Part shown: one piece after another, positions 13,908-26,133 of the stretch
Layout of the letters: every line of letters starts with the position of its first letter
Numbering within the stretch: the stretch's first letter is position 1
Source: Takakia lepidozioides
Taxonomy: Eukaryota > Plantae > Bryophyta
Direction: 5' to 3'
NCBI GenBank assembly: GCA_030704615.1
Contig: CM060731.1
Location: forward strand, 25,668,001 to 25,732,000
Length of the DNA stretch: 64,000 nt
Translations under genes and position numbers: made by a program
Notes under the pieces: model-generated
Databases searched by the model: none
Told to the model about the DNA's origin: nothing
The model's input: only the letters and a program-made list of their open reading frames with translations

Positions 13908-14934
13908 TGTTAGAGGACTGTCGGGGACTTAGACACTTATACGGGATCTGTAGGGTACCCTTAATTTTTGCACAGACTTAGACCAACAGGAGCCTTAAGG
14001 GTGACAGCAGCGCACTGTAGAGGGGGGTTACACAGCCCGTCACAGTCGTCACAGTCGTCACAGCCAACACAGCCAACACAGCCCGTCATAGTCGTCACAG
14101 CAGACACAGCCAACACAGCTCGTCACAGTCGTCACAGCAGACACAGCCAACACAGCCCGTCACAGTCGTCACAGCAGACACAGCCAACACAGCCCGTCAC
14201 AGTCGTCACAGCAGACACAGCCGACACAGCCAGTCACAGCCCGACACAGCCAAACACAGTCGCACAGCCAGTCACAGCCCGTCACAGTTTCACACAGCCA
14301 GTCACAGCTTGACACAGCTGTCACGATCATAGGGAACGAAGAGTAGGACAGGGAACGACTGTGGGGAACAACACCTGCGAAGGGAACATGTTAATTCACA
14401 GACCACGGTTAGTGAGGGAAACGGTTAGAACCGCGGATAGGAAGATAAAGGGAGAAACGGGGATTCAGAAGGGGACTTCTGGGTGATAGAGGAGAGGGGA
14501 TGGGGCAGAGATGAAGAACGGAAGTGAAGATAGAGAGATGATGAGTAGATGCTTGATATATGCAAGGCTGTAATGATATTGTAGAGTAGATTAGAGACAC
14601 AATGGCTTCAGCCTGATACCTGATAAATCATAATCGGATACTTTTACGATACAATCACACTGTGTAGAGAGATCTGAGTGAAGCTGTGGAATGAATGGAT
14701 GAGTTGATGGAATCCAATACATTGATAAAGCAAACTGATACTTAATTATCAATGGTAAGATAGTTAACATGAATACCAAAAGGGAAACAAATAGGAAACA
14801 CCCCCATGATACACTAGCTGTAGGTCATGACTGATTGTTCTGCGCAGGCTGAGTACTTAGAGATTTCCAACTCTTCAATCTTGGAGTTTCCGCCTCGAAT
14901 AGCGAAGGGATGGGTGAGTAAAAGCCGCGCGACA
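13908..14934 (+). repeat. 3' LTR, with a longer internal minisatellite than the 5' LTR
   Basis: Direct repeat of 1939-2861, followed by the TSD GTCCC. Confidence 0.97.
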
Positions 14935-16024
14935 GTCCCTGCATCAGAGAGGAAGTTATTAAAGAACCCGAACACCCAACTCCAGTAGTTGTCCTCGAAT
15001 TTGTTCCAGCCTGGCGTCTTGCCCTTTGGAAGAACTTCTGGCACAGCCTGGCCATCCGGGATGTCGAGAATGACAATGTCGGCCGCATATGTTTTCTGCA
15101 CACCGCACACGAAGGTGGGACCTGTGCTCACCTGCAACAGATATGTTTTTTATAAGAACGATGGCAAGAATGTTTTCAAAGAACGAGACTGAAATACTGC
15201 CAACGAAACTTTCAGAGAAAAAGGAAAGAAACTGGAATTCTCACCAGATTGAGGAATGAGATTATATTGTCCCAGGTAGGCGAAGGCACCCCAATGTATC
15301 CTCTCTTTCAACTCTGCATCATTGACAGCCAACCCTCATTAACAATTTTCATATCTCCTGCCGAATCGGAACGGGAAGGGTGTGGCTTGGCATCGAACAC
15401 ACACTGAACAGTGCGGGTATATCTTCCAGCAGTAAAGTCTTGCCCACTCTCCATCTCCTTTTCTTTCTCCTTCCCCTTGTCCTTTTCCTTCTCTTTGGAC
15501 TTGTCTTTGTCCTTTGGCTTTGCTGGTGAGATGGCTATGACATCAACAGCCTTGTCTTTTGGTTTGCGGCCCGTCTTCTTTCTCTTCTGCGGCGTTCCCT
15601 GAGCATCAGGCTCCTTGGCAGCCAATGTTGCTATGTTTCGTTGGTACTCTTCGTCAGTCAAAGGCGCCAGCATCTCAATATTATTGTTCAAGTATTTCAT
15701 ATACTATTCTTGAAAGGTCGTGTGCTCCGGTGGGCAGTCAAGGTACCACCCACAGTCTTTGAAGTGAGAAAGACTCCAGTCCTTCAATATCCCTGCAGTA
15801 TACATGGTTGGATCGTTTGCAGGGTCCGACCACATGTCAAGATAGTCTGGAATTCCGCTCAGGTGATTTCGTTCCATAAGCACATATTTCGTGTACATGC
15901 AAAATAGGAGATAAATCCCAACCCAACAAAGCGCTCAGTGAGTAAGATGCAAGTAGAACAGAATGAAAAAAACATAAAATGAACACCTCCAAGGACCTTT
16001 CAGGACCACACGACTGCTCCGGAT

Positions 16025-16771
16025 GTGAATGTCGTCAACGCCATTCAAGACATTCCATTCAATGATACTGTAAATACACCCTAATCCACGTGAATGCAAA
16101 CTATCGTTTTGGAATGACACAGACATCGAAGTGAATGTCGTCAACGACATTCACTTTGGATTTGTGAATACACTCCCAATCAAGCCTAATTATTCCTCAA
16201 ATGAAGCAAAATCAAAGGATGGAAATCATAAACTCGAGTAAGGAACCCTCCCGGAAAACTCAATGCACATTCATAACGAACATATCACTGAGGACCTCAC
16301 AACAACACTGTATGTGAATGACGTCAACGCCATTCACAAAAATACCAACAAGGAACCAATTACTTAGCTCCCAATCCATGTAAATTCAAATTGTCGTTGG
16401 TGAATAATACAGAGACAGAAGTGAATGTCGTCAACGACATTCACTTTGGATTTATCATAACACAGCTTATCAAGCCTCCAGATTCCTCGCAAGAGGCAAA
16501 AACAATGCAGAACAACTGAATGTCTGCATTGACATTCAGCAAAATGAAGTGAGGAACCCTCACTGTAAACTCTATGGACATTACAAAAATTTACATAACT
16601 CTGAGGACCTCTCAACAACTCCGGATGTGAATGTCGTCAACGCCATTCAAGGACATTATCAATTCTAATCAAGGACACTATAATTACACCCTTAGATCCT
16701 AACCAGGTGAATTCATATACTCGCTTAAGAATGACTCAGACAAAGAAGTGAATGTCGTCAACGACATTCAA
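16025..16771. repeat. Intronic array of six 24-bp palindromes GTGAATGTCGT-CA-ACGACATTCAC
   Basis: Copies start at 16025, 16131, 16314, 16421, 16627 and 16748. Two alternating variants, in three diverged ~300-bp units. Confidence 0.95.
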
Positions 16772-18634
16772 TCTGGATCTATGATTGCAATCCTTATGAA
16801 GCCACATTTTTTCCCAAAAAAAACAGTAGAGCTTCCAGTATGATAGTGCACCTGTACACAACTCGCATCATGGCCCACTCTCCTCCAACTTGACTGTCAA
16901 AATCGTTGGACCGTAAAATGTTACCATCTTTGGAGAACTCCCGGAAAAAACGGTATCTCCAGGTGAGACCTCTCCACTTCCTTATGTATGCCTCCAATGA
17001 CATTTGGGGAGGGGAAACAATCGAAATGTTCAGGTCCTTCAAAGTCTGATCCAGCACAATGACGGCGCGCTTTTCGAGCTGCAAATTGTATATTTGTCAG
17101 AATTGCAAATAAAATACTCATCACATACTTGAAGAAAGAAAACGGCATATATGAATACACACCTGACTCCAAAATGTAGCCTTGTGGAGCCAGTTATCAA
17201 ACACCAAATCACTGATTCCTTCCACCTTTGTGCCAGGCTGTATGGTGCTCTTTGGGAACTGATTCAAGTACTGTTTGATCTGAGTTCCATATCTCCAGCC
17301 ACCTTATTTTTGTTTGTGGGTCGACCATCGATATGGCCAGCCGGTGCAATTTCTCCTGCTGCATCTCCGGATGCACATGCTTGTCATAGTGTGTTTTGAT
17401 CTGCTGAAGGAACTCAGAACCAAGTCCAGGATCTACTATTCTAAGCTGCTTTCTGAAGGCGGACATCAATTTGGTTCTTCGCATTTCAAACTCCTTCTTT
17501 ATTGCAGCTTCCACACCCTTTGATGTCCTTAGTTCCTCTGGTGTAGTGCTGTAATATTCGGATTTTCCCTTCTCAGCTGCCTCTGCCAGTTCTTGCTGCA
17601 TTGATTCAAGTAGTGATTAGCACCGAAGGGACTACAAACATGTATTCGAAAAGTAAACTGAGTACAGACTCGGGCTTACTGCATACATGTACTCCAGAAA
17701 CGCCTCTCGTGTCAAAGAATACCAAGTGCCTACAGCTCTTCATGTTTCGCACATCTTGATTATATTGGGTGGGAGTACTGTCCGAAAATCATCCAGCTTC
17801 ATCAGACCAATCCTCTGAATTCGGAATTGTGTGTGGACCAAGCTTGTTGTCACATGCGATTTCTCTGTCGATATGCAAAAACATTGGAAACATTGCATTC
17901 CTTAACACTGTTTTTTGGGGATTAATAAGACACTACAGAGGGAATGAAATCTCCTGGATGACTTACTTGTTCACGTTGTGCATAGCTATAAGAAGCCTAG
18001 CGATGTCGTTTCCAGGATCCAAAACCATTGCCTCCACAGCAACATGCTTGTCTTTGTCTTTCGCATGGTGTTTCTGAATGTATCCCATCCATGCCAGCAA
18101 TCGGTGGTTGCCGTCCCAGACGTAGAACATGTGGTTGCAGAATTGCTGGGTGTTCTTTCCCATCATGAGGCCCAGCTCGAACTCATTAGCATCTTTCCAG
18201 CACTCATCCCAGTTATCACTGATCTCTGGAGACACTAATGTGCTTTTCCCATTTATATCCGTCAGTGACACATAAAAAACTTGTGCACCAAGTCTATATC
18301 CATGCACAAAATCACTCTCCAATTTTGTTGTGTCATGGGAAAGAGGTGGACGCACAACATGCATAGATATCATCCGGCACAGAGGGATGTCCAGACGCCC
18401 TCCAGATACGAGCATGTCCCTTATAACCTCCTGAGAGTTTACCTTCTGGAATGACATGAGTTCTTTCACCTTGTCAAGGTAGTGCACTTCAGATTCATTT
18501 GCTTCATCTGTATTCTCTGAGCTTTTTCCGGACTCGTCCCCATCTCCAGATCCTTTCCCCTCTGATCCAGTAGGCTTGGACCTCACAGTTTTCTACACGA
18601 TGCCATTCAATTCTGACCGAGTAATTTGCAAATA

Positions 18635-19086
18635 GTGAACGGTGGTAACGACCATCACTCTGTCTCCAAGAAACTCACTATGAATGGTGTGAAACAATTC
18701 AGCACAATCTACACAAGCAAAGCTGATCCTGCCGTATTCAAAACAAAAGCGAGAGCGATAGTGAACGGCGTTAACGACAATCACAAAAGATAAGGACCTG
18801 CCGGATCGGTGTCATGTAATGACATATATGTTTAAGTGATTGGCAGCAACGACATTCAGTATAGTATAGGGCGGACAGTAAGTGCAGATTATTCAGATTG
18901 ACTCCATTGTGATTACCGTCGCCAGCATGGGAAGAGGAAGGACTGCTTGAAAGGCAATCAGACAGACTGTATGATCTGAACAACGATGATTGACGGTACC
19001 GTCAGTCACCCACTCATTGTGCGGTAAACCCTTAGCAGAGGAGTAGAAAGCAAATCACCGTTGTGATGGTCGGTAGCGACAATCCC
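18635..19086. repeat. Degenerate 24-bp palindromes in intron 1 of the same gene
   Basis: GTGAACGGTGGTAACGACCATCAC (18635), GTGAACGGCGTTAACGACAATCAC (18761), ATGATTGACGGTACCGTCAGTCAC (18986), GTGATGGTCGGTAGCGACAATCCC (19063). Confidence 0.6.
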
Positions 19087-20370
19087 TGTCTGGGACATTC
19101 CACTCAATCTCTATGCAGATCTTCAACAATGAAATGTAAGTTAGAGAAAACTTATTGGCGCCTTCTTAGGTTTTGAAATTGGATCCCCTTCTGCAGCTTT
19201 CCTCTTCCCTCTCACATCTGCTGGAATTTATGTCTGCTCTAGGGTTTCTGGACCTTCTCCCGGTTCGGCGTTCCTCGTGCTTCCACCTCCTTCAGTGTCC
19301 CTGCGAGTCATCTCTGCATCCACAGGCTGGCGCACTCTTATCGCCGACTGTGTCACAGCCGCTGCCTCAGTCTCCGTCTGCTCTTACTTGTGTCTAAACT
19401 GTTGTATGAATAATTGTGTTTTGGCATCTTGTTGTGGCTTTTCCAGGGGATTGATCTCCTGCGCGTTCACCTGCTGCCTTGGCCCTGTGTTCTCCAACAA
19501 ACGACGCCTCGTCATTTGTTCTCTTGCTCTGCGTCTCTCTCTAAGGGAAGTAAAATAAAGAGACTTTCTTCTCTTTCGTATTGTAGAAGGAACCCTCTCC
19601 AGCTTGACTACCACTCTCTCTCTAAGCGCGAAAAGTAGAAAAACGCAGTGACTCCCGATTTCTTGCGGGATTGCCTGCGTTGTTGCTTGTCTCTAGAAGC
19701 ATCGGATTCCCTCTCGCGTGACCGTTACACATAGTCGTTCCCTTATTAGTGCACATGCCAGCAATTGGTGTACAGCTGTTCGTATTCAGTTATGGATGTC
19801 TGACGTGTGTCGCCCAAAATAAACGGCGTGTTCTTTATTAAAACGGTTTCAATATTTAAAAATAACAGCGAATCCCAGAAATCTTGGCACACAGTCTTAC
19901 ACAAATAAATGTAAATGAACGAGAGTTTGATGACAAATTTTGGAATATCATACACGGTCATCCTTGTTAGCCAAACCCCACATTCGTTTCACATTTGGAA
20001 CTTTCCAGGTGCGCATGATCATTGGTAGTAGTATAAGATACATTTACTTAATCTGCAATCCCATCCTCAGATCCTGTGGCATACTTCCAGGAAGTCGGCT
20101 TTGTTATTGGGTTTATTGATGAGGTTCTGATTAACGGTTTAACAGCTGCCGACACTGCTCCTAGGGATACTCTGACCACTGGGCCCACAAAAAAAGTAAT
20201 TAAAATGGACGGTTGCATATCTGGAAAAAATAACATAATATGCACAGTCGTTGTCTGAGCTTCCTCCGCCATATTCTCTGCTTATTCTTCAACTGTGTTC
20301 TGGAGACATCAGTAAACCGATTTACACTAGATCTGCGATAGCACGGTATAAACGTACGCGAGGAAGGAAG

Positions 20371-23300
20371 ATGGCTTCCTCTGAAGCGGAGTTCTTCTCT
20401 GACGACAAAACCAGTGCCGTTCTCCCAGGAAGTCCTTGACAATGGATTTGCAATTGTTCTGGAACATGTCTTGGCTACCCGTTTTCAGGTGCAGAATGGC
20501 TCCATCTTTTTGGAGAAAGAGGTGTACGATCTTAAAGGGAAGTTGTTGAAATACTCTTTCCAAAACCGTGATGAGACGGCTCATATCAGCCAGTGAAGAG
20601 TGCGTCCTGGTTGATACAGAGTACTTGGAGAGCCTCGGCGAAAGTCCCTTGGGTCATATGTGACGCCCGGGACTGCTGCTTCGGTCGTTGAAGACAAGAG
20701 GGAGATGGTGGTGAAAAAAGAACAGACGTCCTCCACTCCAATCGTTGAGCTTTCGGATTCGTCCGATGATGACATAAGTGAAATTCCAAATCCAGTCCTT
20801 CCTACTGTGGTTGGAGAAGCTGATGAAGAAGAGATTTGTAGTGTCATTCCAAAATTGCGGGCGATGGGAGGAATGGCTGGATTCAAAAGTGAGTTGCGGG
20901 GAATTGATTGGGAATCTTTGAAGCAGGTGCCTGTGAAGTTCTTGCCGGAGACTTTTGATGGCGATATCCTATTCGAGCTGCCTCCACCTTCGCGAGTTGG
21001 AGGTGTAACAATCATGATGCATGGAATGGACAAGAAACACGACGGGCACCCATGGTGCAGAACAAAAACATCCAATATTCAGAATGATGACAAGCTTGTT
21101 TTCAGGAGGACAGTTTGCAATGGACACCTTAGGTGTGATAATTTGAATTGTAGACATTTTCTTCAGTCTGGGGTTCATAATCAAAGCGAATGGGAGGGTC
21201 TGGCGGAAAATCCATTTCAGCCTGGGACTGCCCCTCCACCGGCAAACACTTTCGTCTGCAAATTCTGCAAACTTGTGTCATCCTGCTTGGCGCTCTGCGG
21301 AGAAAGAATGTACTATGTTGTCCACCGTTTGAAAACAATGACAAGAGCTTGTGTGCATTTCGGATTCCATAACCATCCTGTCTCGAAGGGGGATTACAGG
21401 GAGAGTGTTGAGACAGTATCGAGGTTGATTAAACAGGAGTTCGGGAGAAACCCATCCGCAACAACATCTGCAATTGCTCTTGGCGCAAGCAAGTCCTTCT
21501 TGGAAAGCCATATTTTGAGTGAAGGGATTATGTGGGGACTAAACTTGACGGTGCAGCATTGGACCTGGTCATGGATCATTTCTCCACTTTAAGTTCACCT
21601 AACATTCGGCATCAGATCAATGCATTGAGAATGGGCTCTGGGATCAGAGGCTACATAGACAACATTTTGGAATTGAAACGAGTGAGCAAGTACGATTACA
21701 TCCAGGACATTGTATTCCCAGGTCAAGGTGCCATCAAAGTTTTTCTTTTCAAAATGTCGACTGTTGGGGAGGGCAGTGGGGTTAGCCTCGTGAAGCTTGT
21801 AGAACTGTTTTCTAATGTTTGATCATGTGAAACGAGTGAAGGATTGGACAACAATGGCTTGTCATGTCTACGATCCAGTGTACCAACGAGTTATGACAAT
21901 TGCAGTTTGTGACATGCAATCCGAGGATACGGAATCCCAGAAGCTCATGTGGAATTCCCTGATACGTGTCATGGGCTGCCATCTCCAAATTTCGCAGGTT
22001 TCATGGCGGATAGTGCTCAAGCAAATTTCAATGCTGTTCGTATTGTCTTCGGATCGGGCGACCCAAAAGTGCCTATGCCAGGAAGAGAGCGTACATGTCT
22101 ATTCCATTGGACACAATCTCTGGAAAAACATACAAAGTCGGACATCAAACCAGAGATGCAGACTCAGCACCGTAAGTTGTGCAAAGAGTACAAAGATGCT
22201 AGAACAATGAAGGAGGCGGACACTTTGTTCCAGACAATTCGTGCCTAGTGGTTCTCTTCTGGAGCTGCATCACTTGAGAGTATGAGAGCATTGGAAGATT
22301 GGCTGGCGTTTTGGCACTTCCGGTATAGACAGTGGGGAGCAGCCATGCCATTGGTACGAGGCTTATATTTATTGCTTTATTCATACATTTGATTTCCATT
22401 TTATTGTGTCCTCGCTTTCTTTATGTTGTTTTCTGTTCACTATTTTGAAGTGTGGTTCTGCACTTTGCAGAACATGTCCATTGAGGAAATGGCGGACATG
22501 CCATCTTGCAATTTGGCAGAAACTGTGCACAACGCATGGTTGCAGCAGTCTGGGAAACGAGGTCGGGATTTGTATGTGGCAACAACAGATGATTTGATAC
22601 GTGTCTTGCAACAACAAACCCGATACCGTGATTTCTTACGAGGTGGGTGGGGTTGGTGGCAAGGGTCCGGACAAATGGGAGTTGATGTTGCGTGCTGCAA
22701 ACAGATCTAGGGAATCCAATCAAGATAGCACGGGCGGTGAGCATGTATGCCCAGGGAACGCCACTTGTTTCTAGAGTTCCACATCTTGAAGGGGAGGAGA
22801 GATTCGGCTCCTGTAAGAGGAAATTGAACACTCCACCTGGTTCGGATTCAGATTCCCACAGGGCAGACCGTGATAACTTCTCAAAGCCTCGTGTTCCCCT
22901 GCATGACAGCTCCATGTCCGGAACCTCCATTGTGGAGGAACCTTCAACACGACGGCAAGCTCCAGCATCAAACAGTGCCACTGAAATGGTGCAAGAGAGA
23001 AACAACCCCCTTGATGTGTTTGAGTCCGCATGCCCCGACCACGTTTGGCACATAGAACGCACAAGTGTAGGGTCTCGTGTGAAATGTACAGCGATCGGGG
23101 CAACTAATTTCGAGAAGTGCACTTCATCTATATCCAGAGGTGGTGCCCGAACTCCTGCTCCAACTTTCACGGGCTTGATGCGTCCATACGGGTCAACCAG
23201 AAGCCAAGAGAACACAAGTTCTGATCTGCGCAGATGATTGTGCCAGATGTGTGCATGGAACTGTGCGTCCTTCCGTAGTGATGAAGCCATCTCCTCCAAC

Positions 23301-23859
23301 CGTTTGGCCCATGAAGGTGGGAACACATCTCAGCTTTCAGGAGATTGAAATGCTGGAGGAGGCAAGTTTTTCCCTTGCGAGACAACCCCAACTCCATGCA
23401 TGTGCTACTACTTCTGCGTCCTCCCGGGTCCCCCTGGCAAATCCTGACTTGTGGCCAACCAAACGAGATGAAAAGCTCGTTCGGCGTTTCCCTCCAACCG
23501 CTGAACACTTTGGCAAAGTGGAGTCCGCAAGATGCTCCAAGCTCGTGTTGGAAGCACCACTGAAGTACCCGATCCAGGATATGGTCGGGTATTCACATCA
23601 TCACTTCCACATCTGCTGTTCATGACAGGACCTACGACATCACGGTTTCCAATTTCCCCAATTGCACATGTCCTGATTTTGTGAATATGATATCAACCAG
23701 TTTGGGCAAGAGAGGTAAATTCATACCTTGCAAACATTTGTTTTCATATTTTTGAAGAGGATGGTTTGCGATCCCAAACGTGACAACTTCATTCACCAGG
23801 CCACTATGAGTTTCAACGAGGTCGATACTCTATTGCAGCGGGATACAACACATGGGTAG
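20371..23859 (+). pseudogene. Mutator-like (MULE) transposase: GCM-like DNA-binding domain, DDE core, SWIM finger; frameshifted
   Basis: DGHPW...CNGHLRC...C..C...HFGFHNHP; FDHVKR; FMADSAQANFNAVR; CLFHW (CxxH); CNLAETVHNAW; CTCPDF...CKHL (~23660-23740); intron ~22353-22470. Confidence 0.8.
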
Positions 23860-24294
23860 CATCAACTATGCAATGTGGTATGTGGACGACCATGATTTGA
23901 AATGTGTAATTCACATCAATTCGTCGGCGCTGCAATGATATGGCCTCCAACTATACGGAGTGAGCTCTGAGTGACAACTTTTAGGTAGTGCACATTTGTC
24001 ATTGCACCGTTCGAAGTCTACATGTCTTGCTGTCGCTATGCACTACAATCATCTTTTGAAGATGATCCTAACTCTCATTGTTATTTGAGGAGGGAGGAAG
24101 GTCTTCCCGTGGCAGCCTTTATGGCGCACACTTTGTGAGGATATTTTTTCGTCCTCGTAATTGTAAAAGTGAAACAAGCATTTGTAATTGCACAATGTTG
24201 GATGCTACAATTGTAGGCCTCAACGCTCGTCTTGATTCTATTTAGGCAAGATTCCCTGCATTAATTCCACGATCATAGGACCATCCTCGGTTAT

Positions 24295-24462
24295 AGGCGG
24301 CGCATGTTAATGCTGACGTGGCAGATGACGGACAGTGCCACGTCATCATTTACCGCCACATCAGCATGCTGACATGACGCTCATGCCACGTCAGCTGGCG
24401 TGAGCGTACGCTCGCGCGTTCACGCGCAACGCTCACGCCATTGCGTCATTGTGCATTAGTAG
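24295..24462. repeat. GC-rich palindromic block, probably the right end of the MULE
   Basis: GCTGACGTGGCA/TGCCACGTCAGC inverted motifs and a GGCGTGAGCGT...ACGCTCACGCC hairpin. No matching left end in the window. Confidence 0.45.
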
Positions 24463-24719
24463 CAAAAATACCTAGCATGAATAATACTTTGAAAACCACA
24501 GTTTCAAACCACTGGAGGAGTGAGCAGAATGACTTGTAAATGAACATGCTCTTCCAACAAATCACTCACTCGGACATTTCGTTACTACAACATTGGTTAT
24601 AATCAGGATGAACCACTGACATTGGTGAATTTGGGGGTGGTTTGATTACACTGGTGACAGTCAGAATTGAAATTGAACTTGATATGAATAAGGTGCAATG
24701 GATACTCACTGCACCCAAG

Positions 24720-25045
24720 GAGCCATGACATTGGTATTATTCAGCACATACAAAATTTGTGCTGCATCTCTACCAGCTTCAGTCATGTCCCACTTTTTGC
24801 CGACACCTTCGAAGACCTCGTCCTCAACCCCTTCCTTCGCATTTGCATCCCAAGTCCGCCGTTGAGTTGCATCAAATGATTGATAATATACTCAGTCATG
24901 AACCTCATGGCCTCATCTAGAACATACCCTGCAGCCGTACTCCCTTCTGGCTTTGCTTAATTCCTGACGTATCTTTCGTGTAACGCTCCATGGGATACAT
25001 CCACCGTGAAGACACCGGATGAATAGTTTTGTTTATCTCCATGGA
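24720..25045 (-). pseudogene. CACTA transposase fragment (DUF4218-like)
   Basis: PVSSRWMYPMERY..YVRN*AKPEGS.AAGYVLDEAM. Confidence 0.75.
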
Positions 25046-25128
25046 ATACATCTATGTGCTCACTTGTAACCACTAAAATGTTTTTTTTTAATAAAATCAA
25101 AGTGCAAAAGATTTAAAAAAAACACATC

Positions 25129-25497
25129 GGCTGGTAAGTGCAGAGTGTGTCGCCCTGGTGATTCAGGGTTCAAACCCGCTGCATTACCCCATGTGTGGGA
25201 TTGTTTGTGACAACGGTATGTCTGGGCATTGATCCTCCTGTAGGTCTCATGGCCCATAAATGAAAGGGGGTTAATTTTTCCCCTTCCTCAAGGGCCCGAG
25301 GTTTCCTTTAAAATTTATTTATAAAAAAAAAATTGGTTATAGGGTTTGTAAAAAGGTTTAAAAACTTAAAAAGTTGCCCATCACGTATGTCAATATATAC
25401 ATACTTTTGGGGGGAAATTTCAAATGTGTGCATGTAGCGTACTGGTAAGGGCTCTTCCTGCGTGTCGCGGGGTCGCGGGTTCAAACTCCTCGCGTTG
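25129..25497 (+). other. Two tRNA-derived Pol III A/B-box-like motifs (SINE/MITE-like)
   Basis: TAGCGTACTGG (25435) plus GGTTCAAAC (25478); a second GGTTCAAACCC at ~25168. No cloverleaf. Confidence 0.4.
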
Positions 25498-26133
25498 TTT
25501 TTTTTTTCCCTCATGCACTAAGGCCCACTAAGCCCCACTAAGCCCTATTGTTGTTGTGCACACTAAGTCCTCGTGCAAGTTGGTCTTAGCAGGTCGCGTT
25601 TCAATCTATGTTCGCTCAGCTGCACCGTGGTGGTTCTCATGGACAATCCGACATTACCTGACTACAGACACAGCAAACACACACAAGAGGTCCGTTTGGG
25701 TTCATGGTCTGCCTGGGGGGTGCACTCTTTATAAACCATGCGTATCACGTGTGTTCGCCGCCTAATAAAAAAACCCCATGTATACGGGTCCTTGGATAAA
25801 TTATACCCCCTCTGTACATACTTTTTGAAGATTATAAAACCCCCTCCTGTAAACATATAAAAATTTACAATTTTTAAAAAGTACCCCATTCTATATGTAT
25901 ATTCCCATTTTCCATCATTAAAAAATACCCTCCAACATGTATATGTATGTTTTTATATTATATCGAATTTATTCATTTAAAACATAATAAAATCTAATAA
26001 ATTAATTAAAAAAATTGCCTTTGATAAAGTTGTCAAAGACTTTTCGGTCATTTGTATCAGTACATATATGTTTGACTTGACATTGTACTTTAAACATGCT
26101 AACGCGATAATGGAATCCAAATCAACCATCATG

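Larger units (their letters stand above)
1939..14934 (+). mobile_element. Full-length Ty3/Gypsy LTR retrotransposon (no chromodomain; env-like extra ORF)
   Basis: TG...CA LTRs at 1939-2861 and 13908-14934; 5-bp TSD GTCCC at 1934-1938 and 14935-14939; PBS; PPT; gag-PR-RT-RH-INT order. Confidence 0.97.
14935..19515 (-). pseudogene. Multi-exon gene: ParB/Sulfiredoxin-like domain, helical middle region, then the N-terminal half of a beta-class N4C/N6A DNA methyltransferase-like domain
   Basis: Exon 17963-18586: VVRPPL..KLESDFVHGY..FYVWDGNHRLLAW, followed by a GTAAG donor. Further exons ~17680-17870, 17209-17601, 16800-17084, 15310-15898. ADIVILDIPDG...WNKFEDNYWSWVFGFFNNFLSDAG at ~14935-15090. 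Confidence 0.75.

Noticed and set aside
16025-16771. CRISPR array
   Set aside because: Spacers are 80-180 bp, unequal and related to each other. The array is intronic in eukaryotic DNA and there are no cas genes.
14935-19515. Bacterial or phage contamination explaining the ParB-MTase
   Set aside because: The gene has GT-AG introns and is interrupted by a plant LTR element with a TSD, so it is resident in this genome.
25431-25497. Functional tRNA gene
   Set aside because: Box-like motifs only; no consistent acceptor or anticodon stems.
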